DNA of 63,759 bases, filler included, from an uncultured Acidimicrobiia bacterium (GCA_964347285.1; 4 parts of 4 records of this genome joined end to end with filler, not necessarily neighbours in it), one strand, 5' to 3'. Shown: positions 29,695 through 40,156, numbered from the whole stretch's first letter. Numbers and translations are program-made. Notes: generated by a model not told the origin, from the sequence alone.

Positions 29695-32202
29695 ATGAAC
29701 GATCAGACGGACCGCCCCGTGCCAGCCGCTCGATCGGAGCCGTCCGGGCGCGGTGGCCTCCCCGATCGGGCACGGGTGGTGATCATTGGAGGCGGGGTGA
29801 TCGGCGCCAGCGTCGCCTACCACCTGGCCAGGCTCGGCTGGAACGACGTCGTTCTCCTCGAGCGCGACAAGCTCACCTCGGGCACGACCTGGCACGCCGC
29901 CGGCCTCATTGTTTCGGGCGGCATGACGACTCAGACCCTTGCCTGGATGGCCAAGTACTCGCGCGACCTCTATGAGGTCCTCGAGGAAGAGACCGGCCTC
30001 TCCACCGGCTTTCGCCCCGTCGGGTATCTGCAGACGGCGAGCACCGAAGAGCGGACCCACAAGCTGCGTCGGGAGGCCGACTTCCTGCGCCTCATGGGAA
30101 TCGAGCGCGAGGAGATCTCACCCGCCGAAGTCGCCGATCTGTGGCCGCAGATCGACACGAAAGCCGTTGCCGCGGGGTTCTTCACCGCCAACGAGGGACG
30201 GGCCGATCCGGCGAACGTTGCGATGTCTCTGGCCAAAGGGGCCAGGATGGGAGGGGTTCGCGTTTTCGAGGACTCGCCGGTGACCGCAATCACCCATCGA
30301 GACGGTCGGGTCACCGGGGTGGTAACGGGCCGGGGATCCATCGAGGCCGAATACGTCGTCAACTGCGCCGGGATGTGGGCCAAGGAGGTCGGGGCGATGG
30401 CCGGCGTCGCGGTGCCGTTGCAAGCGATCGAACACGCCTATCTGATCAGCGAGCCGTTCGAGGGCGTCTCTCCCGATCTGCCGATCTTCGAGGACCCCGA
30501 CCGTTTCGCCTACTACCGGGAAGAGACCGGTGGGCTCATGGTCGGCTTGTTCGAGCCCGTCTCCGCCCCGTGGTCTCTGGACGGGATCCCGGACGACTTC
30601 AGCTTCGGTGAGATCCCTTCCAACTGGGATCGGCTGGCGCCGTTCCTCGAGCGTGCCATGGACATCCTCCCCGTGCTCGAGCGCGTCGGCGTGCGCAAGC
30701 TGTTCACGGGTCCTGAGAGCTTCACCCCCGACAACGGCTTCATCGTCGGCGAAGCCCCCGAGCTCACCAACTTCTTCATCGCTGCTGGATTCAACTCGTT
30801 GGGAATTCTCACCGGTGGGGGCGCCGGCTCCATCATCGCCAGCTGGATCGTCGACGGCGTGACTCCGATGGACGTCACCGACTTGGACCCCGCCCGGCTT
30901 CACCCCTTCCAGACCAACCGCTCCTACCTGGCGGAACGGGGCGTCGAGTTGCTCGGGCGGCTCCACTCCACCGGATCGTGGCCGCACTCCCATCCAACCA
31001 CGGCACGCGACGTGCGGCGCTCTCCCGTGCACGAGCGAATGGCCTCAGCCGGCGCCCACTTCAGCGAAGCTGCCGGGTGGGAACTCACGGCCTGGTTCGC
31101 CCCGGCGGGAGCCTACATCGAGCCCCGTCTCACCTATGGGCGACAAGACTGGTTCGATTATCACGCGGCCGAACACCACGCAGTCCGCACCGGGGTCGCT
31201 CTCTTCGACATGTCGGCGATGTCCAAGTTCCTCGTGCAGGGGCCCGACGCCGAGCGAATCTTGAACCGGCTCTCCGGCAACAACATCGCCGTCCCCGCCG
31301 GGCAGTGCGTGTACACCCAATGGATGAACCGCGCCGGGGGAGTGGAAGCCGACCTGACGGTTACTCGCATTGCCGAGCACCGATTCCTCGTGGTCGTTGC
31401 CGAACTGTTCCATCGACGCGTCGAAGCCATGCTGCACAGGGCAAGCGCGGACAACAGGGGCGTCTCCATCACCGACGTGACGTCGGGGTACGGACTGCTC
31501 AGCGTGCAGGGACCCCGCTCGAGAGACCTCCTGAGCCGGGTCACCACTGCGGACCTGAGCAACCAGTCCTTCCCCTACTTCACCGCCCAGGAGATCGACC
31601 TGCACCATGGTGTGGGCATGGCGTTTCGGCTCAGCTTCGTCGGCGAGCTCGGGTGGGAGCTCTACATCCCGACCGAGTTCACGCTCGGGGTTTATGACGA
31701 GATCGTCGAGGCAGGCACGGAATTCGGCCTGGCCCATGCGGGTATGGAGACCCTCGAGAGCACTCGCACCGAAGCCGGAAGACGAGACTACGGCCTCGAC
31801 ATGGAGAACTCCGACTCCCCGCTCGAAGCGGGCCTGGGGTTTGCCGTGGACTTCGACAAGCCGGATGGGTTCATCGGACGAGACGCTCTCTTGAAACAGA
31901 GGGAGAACCGGCCCCTGAAGTCGCGGCTCGTGCAGTTCCTGCTCGAGGATCCCGAGCCTCTGCTCTACGGCGAAGAGCCGATCTTCCACGACGGCAAGCC
32001 CGTTGGGTACCTGCGCTCCGGCGCCTACGGCCACACGCTCGGTGGAGCCATGGGCTTCGGGTACGTGGGAAATCCTGCGGGAGTGACTGCCGAATTCGTG
32101 AAGGGCGGAGGTTTCGAGATCCAGGTCGCCGGCGAGCAGATCGGGGCGCGCGCTTCGTTGCGACCGATGTACGACCCCGAAAACCTCCGGGTGAGAATGT
32201 GA
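29695..32202 (+). CDS. GcvT-domain FAD oxidoreductase (dimethylglycine/sarcosine dehydrogenase family)
   Basis: GGGVIG, GTTWHAAG, GPESFTPD, ELGWELY, C-terminal GcvT domain. Confidence 0.9.
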   Translation: MNDQTDRPVPAARSEPSGRGGLPDRARVVIIGGGVIGASVAYHLARLGWNDVVLLERDKLTSGTTWHAAGLIVSGGMTTQTLAWMAKYSRDLYEVLEEETGLSTGFRPVGYLQTASTEERTHKLRREADFLRLMGIEREEISPAEVADLWPQIDTKAVAAGFFTANEGRADPANVAMSLAKGARMGGVRVFEDSPVTAITHRDGRVTGVVTGRGSIEAEYVVNCAGMWAKEVGAMAGVAVPLQAIEHAYLISEPFEGVSPDLPIFEDPDRFAYYREETGGLMVGLFEPVSAPWSLDGIPDDFSFGEIPSNWDRLAPFLERAMDILPVLERVGVRKLFTGPESFTPDNGFIVGEAPELTNFFIAAGFNSLGILTGGGAGSIIASWIVDGVTPMDVTDLDPARLHPFQTNRSYLAERGVELLGRLHSTGSWPHSHPTTARDVRRSPVHERMASAGAHFSEAAGWELTAWFAPAGAYIEPRLTYGRQDWFDYHAAEHHAVRTGVALFDMSAMSKFLVQGPDAERILNRLSGNNIAVPAGQCVYTQWMNRAGGVEADLTVTRIAEHRFLVVVAELFHRRVEAMLHRASADNRGVSITDVTSGYGLLSVQGPRSRDLLSRVTTADLSNQSFPYFTAQEIDLHHGVGMAFRLSFVGELGWELYIPTEFTLGVYDEIVEAGTEFGLAHAGMETLESTRTEAGRRDYGLDMENSDSPLEAGLGFAVDFDKPDGFIGRDALLKQRENRPLKSRLVQFLLEDPEPLLYGEEPIFHDGKPVGYLRSGAYGHTLGGAMGFGYVGNPAGVTAEFVKGGGFEIQVAGEQIGARASLRPMYDPENLRVRM

Positions 32203-32211
32203 GGTGGCGGT

Positions 32212-34689
32212 TTGCCTCGCCCGCAACCTGACCCGGCGAACGGCCGTCCTGCCGCCAAGCTGCCCGATCGCACGGAGGTGCTGGTCGTCGGCGGCGGCAT
32301 CGTCGGCTGCAGTGTGGCGTATCACTTGACCCGGCGCGGCGTCACCGACGTGACCATCATCGAGCAAGGCAAGCTCACCGGCGGCACGACCTGGCACGCC
32401 GCCGGCCTCGTTTCTCAGCTCAAGTCCTCCCACAGCTTGACCAGGCTGGCCACGTACTCGGCGCGACTGTTCGAGGAACTCGGAGAAGAGACCGGTCAGG
32501 CCACCGGCTACCGAACCGCAGGGTCGATCTCGGTCGCCGCCGACGAGGAGCGGTGGGAGGAGATCCTGCGGGGAGCGTCGATGGCCAAGGCCAGCGATGT
32601 GGTGACCGAGGTCATCGGCCTCGACCGGGTCAAGGAGATGTGGCCGCTCCTGAACGTCGACGACCTGATCGGTGCGCTCTACATCCCCCACGATGGCCAG
32701 ACATCTCCGGTCGACACCACTCTGGCGTTGGCGAAAGGCGCCAAGTCCAGGGGTGCCCGCGTCATCGAAGGCACCGCGGTGGAGAAACTGGTTGCCCGCA
32801 ACGGCAGGGTGGTCGGCGTCGAAACCGAGCGAGGCTACATCGAGGTCGAGACCGTGGTGCTCGCCACTGGGATCTGGACGAGACAACTCGCCGCCACGAT
32901 CGGGGTCAACGTTCCGCTCCAGGCCTGCGAGCACTTCTACGTGGTCACCGAGCCCCTGGAGGGAATGTCACCGGGGATGCCCACGGTGCGCGACCCGGGG
33001 GGCTACACGTACTTGAAGGAAGAGACCGGCAAGATCATGGCGGGCTTCTTCGAGCCGCGAGGCAAGGTGTGGGGGCTGGACGGCATCCCGCGCGATTTCT
33101 CGTTCGGCACGCTGCCGGAGGACTGGGATCACATCGGCCCGGTGTTCGAGCGGGCGGTTCATCGGGTGCCCGTGCTGGGTGAGTGTGGCCTGCAGCTGTT
33201 CTTCAACGGCCCGGAGGCCTTTACCCCCGATGGGGTGTACTACCTGGGCATGGCGCCGGAGGTCGACGGTTGCTTCGTTGCTGCCGGCTTCAACTCGGTC
33301 GGACTCCAGTCCGCCGGCGGTGTCGGCTGGGCGCTGGCCGAGTGGATCGTCGACCGCCATCCACCGATGGACCTCACTGCCGTCGACATTCGCCGCGTGT
33401 TCCCCTTTCAGGGTGAGCCTCGCTACCTCGCCCAGCGGATTCCGGAGAGCCTGGGCCTGCTGTACGCCATGCATTGGCCGTTTCGGCAATACGAGAGCGC
33501 CCGCAACCAGCGACTTTCCCCCATCCACGACCGAATCGAGGCGGCCGGCGCGGTCTTCGGTGAAGTGGCGGGGTGGGAGCGGCCGAACTGGTTCGCCCTC
33601 GAAGGCCAGGAGCGTGTCTACGAGTACAGCTACGGCAAGCAGAACTGGTTCGAGGCCTCCGGCCTCGAATGCCAGGCGGTGCGCGATGCGGTGGGCTTCT
33701 TCGACCAGAGCAGCTTCGCCAAGTTCCGCGTGGAGGGTCCGGGCGCAGTCGCCGCGCTCAACGGAATCTGTGCCAACGACGTGCACGTGCCGGCCGGCAA
33801 AGCCGTCTACACCCAGTGGTGCAACGACAGAGGCGGTATCGAGGCCGACCTCACCGTGACCAGGGTCGGGGAGACCGAGTACTTGGTGGTCACCGCGGCG
33901 GCCTCCGGCAGCCGGGACTGGGCCCGGCTGCGGCGCGGATGTGTCGATCACGACGTGACGATCAGCGACATCACCGATGAGCTCGCCATGTTCGGCGTGA
34001 TGGGTCCCAATTCCCGGGCACTGCTCTCAGAGCTGACGTCGGCCGACCTCGGCAACGACGGCTTTCCGTTCGGGACCACCCAGCGCATCGAGGTCGCCGG
34101 ATACGACGTGCGGGCGCTCCGGCTGACCTACGTCGGCGAGCTGGGCTGGGAGCTGTACGTACCGCGGGAGGACGCCTGCTCCCTCTACGACGCCATCTTC
34201 GAAGCCGGCGGGCCCCATGGGTTGAAGCACGCCGGCTACCACGCCATGAACAGCCTTCGGCTCGAAGCCGGCTACCGGCATTGGGGCCACGACATCACCG
34301 ACCAGGACACTCCCATCGAGGCAGGGCTCGGCTTTGCCGTGGGGTGGGAGAAGGCCTCGTTCGTCGGACGTGACGCGCTCCTGACGCAAAGAAGGCTGCC
34401 GCGTGCCAAGCGCCTCATCCAATTCCGACTCGAGGACCCCGACCTGCTGCTGTACCACGATGAGCCCATCTATCGGGACGGCAAGCTCGTCGGACGAACC
34501 ACTTCCGGCATGTGGAGCTACGTCGAGAATCGCTGCCTCGCCATGGGCTACCTCGAGCACCCGGGCGGCGTCACCGAGGCCTGGCTGGAAGCGGGTACCT
34601 TCGAGATCGAGGTGGCCACCCGACGCATCCCCGCTACGGCCTCGATCCGTTCCTTCTACGACCCACTGAACCAACGGGTCCGGGGCTGA
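32212..34689 (+). CDS. Second GcvT-domain FAD oxidoreductase
   Basis: GGGIVG, GTTWHAAG, GPEAFTPD, YVGELGWELY, LRLEAGYRHWG. Confidence 0.9.
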   Translation: MPRPQPDPANGRPAAKLPDRTEVLVVGGGIVGCSVAYHLTRRGVTDVTIIEQGKLTGGTTWHAAGLVSQLKSSHSLTRLATYSARLFEELGEETGQATGYRTAGSISVAADEERWEEILRGASMAKASDVVTEVIGLDRVKEMWPLLNVDDLIGALYIPHDGQTSPVDTTLALAKGAKSRGARVIEGTAVEKLVARNGRVVGVETERGYIEVETVVLATGIWTRQLAATIGVNVPLQACEHFYVVTEPLEGMSPGMPTVRDPGGYTYLKEETGKIMAGFFEPRGKVWGLDGIPRDFSFGTLPEDWDHIGPVFERAVHRVPVLGECGLQLFFNGPEAFTPDGVYYLGMAPEVDGCFVAAGFNSVGLQSAGGVGWALAEWIVDRHPPMDLTAVDIRRVFPFQGEPRYLAQRIPESLGLLYAMHWPFRQYESARNQRLSPIHDRIEAAGAVFGEVAGWERPNWFALEGQERVYEYSYGKQNWFEASGLECQAVRDAVGFFDQSSFAKFRVEGPGAVAALNGICANDVHVPAGKAVYTQWCNDRGGIEADLTVTRVGETEYLVVTAAASGSRDWARLRRGCVDHDVTISDITDELAMFGVMGPNSRALLSELTSADLGNDGFPFGTTQRIEVAGYDVRALRLTYVGELGWELYVPREDACSLYDAIFEAGGPHGLKHAGYHAMNSLRLEAGYRHWGHDITDQDTPIEAGLGFAVGWEKASFVGRDALLTQRRLPRAKRLIQFRLEDPDLLLYHDEPIYRDGKLVGRTTSGMWSYVENRCLAMGYLEHPGGVTEAWLEAGTFEIEVATRRIPATASIRSFYDPLNQRVRG

Positions 34690-34702
34690 TTCGGTCTTCT
34701 CC

Positions 34703-34802
34703 NNNNNNNNNNNNNNNNNNNNNNNNNNNNNNNNNNNNNNNNNNNNTTAATTAATTAANNNNNNNNNNNNNNNNNNNNNNNNNNNNNNNNNNNNNNNNNN
34801 NN
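34703..34802. other. Artificial contig linker
   Basis: N-run containing TTAATTAATTAA. Confidence 0.97.
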
Positions 34803-34908
34803 CTTCCTGCCGGTGGCCGGAGCGTTCGGAACCTAAGACTGCGAGGCGGCCGCCGCGGTTCGGGTGGAAGCGTTGGGTCTATCTTGGCGGTCGGAGATAG
34901 CGCCAGCC

Positions 34909-35910
34909 ATGCCCGCCAACCTGACTCCCGAGTACAAAGCCGCCGAGGCCGCCTTCAAGGCGGCCCGCGACCCCAAGGAGCGGCTGGAGCATCTGCGGGT
35001 GATGCTGCGCACCATTCCCAAGCACAAGGGGACCGAACACCTCCAGGCGGACATCAAGACCCGCATCAAGGAACTCACCGAGGAGCTGTCAGAGCCCCGT
35101 AGGAGCGGGGCCCGGACCGGGCCGGCCACGGTCATACGCCCCGAAGGGGCCGCCCAGGTGGCGCTGTTGGGCCCGCCCAACTCCGGGAAGTCGACCCTCC
35201 ACGACCGTCTCACCGGATCTCACGCCCAGACCGGACCTTTTCCCTCGACCACCCAATGGCCCCAGCCGGGCATGGTCCCCTTCGAAGACGTATTCATTCA
35301 GCTGATCGACCTGCCGCCGCTCACGCCCGAGCACCCGGTGTCGTGGATTGCCAATGCCTTGCAGCCGGCGGACGGAGCGCTACTGGTGATCGATCTCGGC
35401 GATCCGGCGTGTGTCGAGCAGGTGGAAGCCGTCCACCAACTCCTCAGCGAGCGGAAGGTGACCCTCACCGACTCGTGGCGTTCGGCCGAAGGGGACGACG
35501 ATCCGTTCACGATTCGCCTCCCCGCGCTGCTCATCGCCAACAAAGTCGATCAGATCCCCCATCTCGACGACGAGCTCCAAGTGTTTCGGGAGTTGACCGG
35601 GCTGCAGTATCCGGTGCTGGCGGTGTCGGCTGCCACTGGGGAACGATTGGACGAGATCGGGCCCTGGCTGTTTCGTCACCTGGGAATCGTGCGGGTCTAC
35701 ACCAAGCTGCCCCATCGATCGGCCGACATGGATCGGCCTTACACGCTCCGAAAGGGACAAACCGTGCGCGACGTGGCGTTGATGGTGCACAAGGACATCG
35801 CCCGCTCGCTGAAGTACGCACGCCTCTGGGGAGGGGGCGACTTCGACGGCCAGCAAGTGGGCCGGGACCACCCCCTTCAGGACGGGGACGTCATCGAGTT
35901 GCACGCGTGA
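34909..35910 (+). CDS. DRG/OBG-family GTPase with TGS domain
   Basis: MPANL..PKHKGTE, GPPNSGKS, DLP, NKVD, SA, C-terminal TGS (L.DGDVIELH). Confidence 0.85.
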   Translation: MPANLTPEYKAAEAAFKAARDPKERLEHLRVMLRTIPKHKGTEHLQADIKTRIKELTEELSEPRRSGARTGPATVIRPEGAAQVALLGPPNSGKSTLHDRLTGSHAQTGPFPSTTQWPQPGMVPFEDVFIQLIDLPPLTPEHPVSWIANALQPADGALLVIDLGDPACVEQVEAVHQLLSERKVTLTDSWRSAEGDDDPFTIRLPALLIANKVDQIPHLDDELQVFRELTGLQYPVLAVSAATGERLDEIGPWLFRHLGIVRVYTKLPHRSADMDRPYTLRKGQTVRDVALMVHKDIARSLKYARLWGGGDFDGQQVGRDHPLQDGDVIELHA

Positions 35911-35964
35911 GGCCGACCCCTGGGGCAGTCCGACACATCTGATCTGCCGGTAACGTGTGCGGCC

Positions 35965-36441
35965 GTGGCCCGCAAGGACATCTCGATGAGCCCCGAAGAG
36001 GTTCGGGAGTTCCTGGCGCCGGCGCGGAACATCGAGGTGGCGACGATCGGTCCCGATGGCTGGCCTCACGTGGCGCCGATGTGGTACGTCGTCCGGGAGG
36101 GCACCGTGGTGTTTCGCTCTTTCACCAAATCCCAAAAAATCGTCAACCTCCGCAGAGATAGACGGGTAACACTGTTGGCCGAGGAAGGCCTGGCGTATCA
36201 CGAGCTGCGGGGCGTCATGGTCAAAGGGCGGGCCGAGCTCAACGACGATCCGGGCTTCGTGCTCGAGATCTACGGAGAGCTGGCGGCCCGCTATCCGATG
36301 GCGGGCGGTGGACCAGCCCGGCTCAGCCCCGAGGCCCTGGACGCCGCCTTCGGGCGCTTTGCCGCCAAGAACACCGCAGTCACGGTGCACCCAGAGCGAG
36401 TGATCTCATGGGACCACACCAAGCTGGGCGGAGCGTATTGA
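35965..36441 (+). CDS. Pyridoxamine 5'-phosphate oxidase/PPOX-family protein (possibly F420-dependent)
   Basis: ATIGPDGWPH..PMWY, SQKIVNLRRD, SWDHTKL. Confidence 0.85.
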   Translation: MARKDISMSPEEVREFLAPARNIEVATIGPDGWPHVAPMWYVVREGTVVFRSFTKSQKIVNLRRDRRVTLLAEEGLAYHELRGVMVKGRAELNDDPGFVLEIYGELAARYPMAGGGPARLSPEALDAAFGRFAAKNTAVTVHPERVISWDHTKLGGAY

Positions 36442-36499
36442 GCCTTCCCTCGGCCCGAGCCCCATGGACCGGGGCTCTCCCCAACACAGCGGACGAGCC

Positions 36500-37480
36500 T
36501 CAGGGATGCCAGGCGTTGTACACCATGCCCACCACCACCGGCCGGCCGTCCTCGTAGTCGACCATCACGTACCAGGTCTCCCAGTCAAGGCCCCCGTAGT
36601 CGGGATCGTCGCCGGGGTCGTGGACCACCATCCAGTTGAAGTTGGCGAACTCGGTGGGGACGATCTCGGATTCGAGAATCCCGTTGCCGCCGCTGAGGTG
36701 ACCGTTGGGTAGGGCTCTACGGTCCGGATCGTCGTACGTGCTCACAAACGAGTCGGCCACCGCCTCGGCAAACGTCAGCTTCGGGCACTCCTCCGGAGAA
36801 CAGCCCGTGCCCGGCCATTCCAGCGGAGTCGGGTCGCTGAGCACGCCGGCCAGCTCGGAAGGCTCCCATCGCTCCGGGGGCTTCAAGCGGGCCATGAACA
36901 GCCCCCTCCGGGATGACACCGTGGTGAGATCCCCTCCGGAGGCCATCACCGCCGATAGATCATCCAGGAGATCCGGCACCCGTTCATCGTCGGCGAACTC
37001 GGCCCCGTCCATCTGGGGAGTCAGGAAGAAACCGTTGGCCCAGCCGACATTGGTGCCCCCATCGAGTTCGATCCACTTGGAGCCGGCCACGATGGCAAAT
37101 CGGCCGGTCGTGGGGACGTCGCGGGCGGTTGGTGCCAGGGTGTCGACTACGCCGAACTCGATGCCCGGACCGGCCCGAACGTTGAGCACGTCGTCCGGTG
37201 CTACGAGGACCACGGCCATAGCCTTGGGCTCTTCGGTCTGTACCGGCACCGTCGTCGACGGGGCAGTGGTAAGCGGGGAGCCGACGGTGGACGTGGTGGA
37301 CGGGGCCCTGGTCGTGGCCTGGGGCGAGTCGGTCGGTACCGTGCTGGTGGTCGGGGGCGGTGCGCTGGTAGCCGTTCCCGGAAGGAGGGTGGTGATCGTC
37401 GCGGCGGAGTCTCCACAGCCGATGGCGACCAGGCCGAGCGCCGTGGCCAGCAGGAGATGCACTGGAGGCCTGACGGTCAT
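36500..37480 (-). CDS. Lipoprotein with Thr/Pro-rich linker and bacterial SH3-like domain
   Basis: AIGC lipobox; DVLNVRAGPG...W...GWANGFFL. Confidence 0.75.
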   Translation of the reverse strand: MTVRPPVHLLLATALGLVAIGCGDSAATITTLLPGTATSAPPPTTSTVPTDSPQATTRAPSTTSTVGSPLTTAPSTTVPVQTEEPKAMAVVLVAPDDVLNVRAGPGIEFGVVDTLAPTARDVPTTGRFAIVAGSKWIELDGGTNVGWANGFFLTPQMDGAEFADDERVPDLLDDLSAVMASGGDLTTVSSRRGLFMARLKPPERWEPSELAGVLSDPTPLEWPGTGCSPEECPKLTFAEAVADSFVSTYDDPDRRALPNGHLSGGNGILESEIVPTEFANFNWMVVHDPGDDPDYGGLDWETWYVMVDYEDGRPVVVGMVYNAWHP

Positions 37481-37576
37481 GCCGATGCTCCTTGCATACA
37501 GGATATGGCAGGAGTGGCGGGAGGTGAACTCCCGTCGGTTCGCTGAAACCGCTTTCTGGCTCGCTACCGTCGCCGT

Positions 37577-38032
37577 ATGAAGGTCAGTGCCGGGATCCTC
37601 GTCCATCGCACGGGTGAGCGGGGGCTGGAGGTGCTGCTCGCCCATCCCGGCGGCCCGCTGTGGGCCGCCAAGGACGAGGGGGCCTGGAGCATTCCCAAGG
37701 GCGAACTCGACTCCGCCGAGGACCCCGAGCGGGCCGCTCGTCGAGAGTTCGCCGAGGAGACCGGCGTCTCCGTCGAGGGGGAACTGACGGCGCTGGGCCG
37801 GGTCCGCCTGAAGTCGGGCAAGGAGGTGTACGCCTGGGCCTGGCGACGAGACCTCGACGCCGCCGTCCTGGCCAGCAACACGTTCACCATGGAATGGCCG
37901 CCCCGTTCAGGCCGTCGGGCCGAGTTCCCCGAAATCGATAGGTTCGCCTGGTTTCCCCTCGAAGAGGCACGGGCCAAGGTGAATCCCGCGCAGGTCGCGT
38001 TCATCGATCGGCTCGAGGAGCTGATTCCCTGA
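37577..38032 (+). CDS. NUDIX hydrolase
   Basis: HPGGP, WSIPKGE...AARREFAEETG, EWPPRSG..FPEIDR. Confidence 0.88.
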   Translation: MKVSAGILVHRTGERGLEVLLAHPGGPLWAAKDEGAWSIPKGELDSAEDPERAARREFAEETGVSVEGELTALGRVRLKSGKEVYAWAWRRDLDAAVLASNTFTMEWPPRSGRRAEFPEIDRFAWFPLEEARAKVNPAQVAFIDRLEELIP

Positions 38033-38110
38033 CCTCCCTCCGCCGACGCTCAGGGACAGGGGACCACACAGGACGGCTGCGACCCCGGTCGTCCGGGGGG
38101 TCCCCCTGCC

Positions 38111-40114
38111 TCAGGGTGTGCCCGGAGCGCCGTTGGCCAGTTCGACCCGGTTGCGGCCGGCCCGCTTGGCCGCATACATCGCCGAGTCGGCCCGATCGAG
38201 GAGCGTCTTGAGGTCGAGCACCCCCGGCTTCACCTCGGCCACCCCCACACTGATAGTCACCACCACCGGACCTCTTCCGGTCTCGATCGGATCGGCGCCA
38301 ACGGCCTCGCGCAAGCGCTCGGCCGCCTGAGCCGCCTGGCCGATCCCAATCTCGGGCAAGATCACTGCGAATTCCTCGCCACCGAAGCGCCCCAGGATGT
38401 CGACCTCGCGCAGCACCCGCCGGCACCGATCTGCAACCCCACGAAGCACCTCGTCGCCGACGACGTGGCCCAGGGTGTCGTTGATCGTCTTGAAGTGGTC
38501 GAGGTCGAACATCATCGCCGCCAGCGGCTTGTGGTAGCGAATCGCCTGGGCGAACTCCTGCTCCCCCAGCTGAAAGAGGTGGCGTCGGCTGTGGATCCCA
38601 GTCAGGTCGTCGGTGATGGCCAGGCGCTGGACCTGCTCGAACAGGAGGTGGTTCTCGATGGCCACGGCCGACTGGGCGGCCAGCGTGAGCAGGGTGTCGT
38701 ACTGTCGGTCGGTGAACGGCTCCTCTTCACCGTCTCGAACGACCGACAGCACCCCCAGCAGGCGATCGTGGACCTTGAGCGGAGCCACCAGCCAATGGAG
38801 TCCCTCGCTTCTCTCGCGGCGGGCCGTCCCAGAACGCAACACCTCCCCCGTGGGGCCGGTCCACAGAGTCTTGAAGTCGGCCGGTCCGGCGGTGCCCACT
38901 GTCGCTTGAGCGAGGACCTTCTTGTTGTCCAGATCAACGGTGGCGACGATGGCGCTCTCGGCCACTACCGCCTCGGCGACTCCTTGGGCAACGGCCCTGA
39001 GCATCTGCTCGACATCGGCCGAGTCGATCAGGGCTTGAGAGGTGGCATACATGGCCTGGGTCTCGGCCAGCGACCGTCTGGTCGTCTCGAGGAGGCGGAC
39101 GTTGTCGATGGCCACCGCCGTCTGGTTGGCCATGGCGAGGACTAGGTCGACCTCGGCATCGGTGAAGCGGGGCGCCCCGGGTGCTCGACAGACGGTGAGC
39201 GTGCCGAGGATGCGCTCGCTGTTACGGAGTGGGGCCACGATGGCCGGACCGTCGTCGTCATCTCCCGGCAGCAGGGTCAGCCGTCGCTCTCGCATCACCC
39301 AACCCGTCGGGCCCTCCATCACATCCTGGTAGGAAGGCGCCTCCCGCCCGATGCCGCTGGCCGCGTAGTCGACCACGAGCTCCTTGGTGGAGTCGAGCGT
39401 GACGAGTTCTGCCCGGTCGGCATTGGCGGCCGCTGCGGTGCCCTCGACGACCGAGAACAGCACCTCCTCGAGATCCTCGGCGGCGATGACTGCGTTGGCA
39501 GCCCAGGCCAGGGCCTCGGAACGCTCCCGGGCCGAGCTCATGTCGGAGAACAGCCGGGCGTGGAGGACGGCCGCCGCGGCTCGGCGCGCCAGGAGATCGA
39601 GGAACTCGAGATCGTCCTCGGTGTACTCGCGCGGTTCGCCGTCCAACGCGTAGAGGATGCCCAGCGCCCGCCCCTCAGATTCGATCGGCACTCCGACGTA
39701 GGCGCGCACCCCGAACTCATCGGAGAGGTCCCCGGGCCCAAACCGATCGGCCCTCACATCGGGCACGACCGCCCGTTGCTGGGAGTCGAAGATCCAGCGG
39801 GTGGCACCCCCCTCGGCGCGAATCCGCCCGTCGTAGTGGCCCGCTTCCTGCCCGGGCACGGTGGAGGCGGCCACGACAAACTGTTGTTCGTCGGGATGCC
39901 AGACGATCACGCTGGCCCCGATGCTGGTGGGCAGGAGTTCGGTCGTGAGACGAGCCACGTGGGCCAGCACTTCGCCCGCCGAGCTCTCGCCGGCAAACTC
40001 GACCTGGGCGAGCGCGGCGAGTCGCTCATAGCGCCGGTCGGGCGCGCCGAAACTCGGCGACACGGCTGGCTCGCCGTTGCCGCGCACGGCATCGTCCACG
40101 TGCTCGGCCGGCAC
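38111..40114 (-). CDS. Diguanylate cyclase with three GAF domains
   Basis: DDLTG, DLDHFKTIND..GH..GD, RxxD I-site (REVD), RFGGEEF, AMYAAK.AGRN; start at GTG 40114 (RBS AAGGGG) or 40144. Confidence 0.9.
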   Translation of the reverse strand: MPAEHVDDAVRGNGEPAVSPSFGAPDRRYERLAALAQVEFAGESSAGEVLAHVARLTTELLPTSIGASVIVWHPDEQQFVVAASTVPGQEAGHYDGRIRAEGGATRWIFDSQQRAVVPDVRADRFGPGDLSDEFGVRAYVGVPIESEGRALGILYALDGEPREYTEDDLEFLDLLARRAAAAVLHARLFSDMSSARERSEALAWAANAVIAAEDLEEVLFSVVEGTAAAANADRAELVTLDSTKELVVDYAASGIGREAPSYQDVMEGPTGWVMRERRLTLLPGDDDDGPAIVAPLRNSERILGTLTVCRAPGAPRFTDAEVDLVLAMANQTAVAIDNVRLLETTRRSLAETQAMYATSQALIDSADVEQMLRAVAQGVAEAVVAESAIVATVDLDNKKVLAQATVGTAGPADFKTLWTGPTGEVLRSGTARRERSEGLHWLVAPLKVHDRLLGVLSVVRDGEEEPFTDRQYDTLLTLAAQSAVAIENHLLFEQVQRLAITDDLTGIHSRRHLFQLGEQEFAQAIRYHKPLAAMMFDLDHFKTINDTLGHVVGDEVLRGVADRCRRVLREVDILGRFGGEEFAVILPEIGIGQAAQAAERLREAVGADPIETGRGPVVVTISVGVAEVKPGVLDLKTLLDRADSAMYAAKRAGRNRVELANGAPGTP

Positions 40115-40156
40115 AGGGTTTCCCCTTCTCGAGTCGGGTATCACTAGTTACTTCCT

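Noticed and set aside
31045..32934. Long antisense ORFs (also 47645-49597, 573-1919, 43894-45270)
   Set aside because: Shadow ORFs of real genes caused by high GC3 bias
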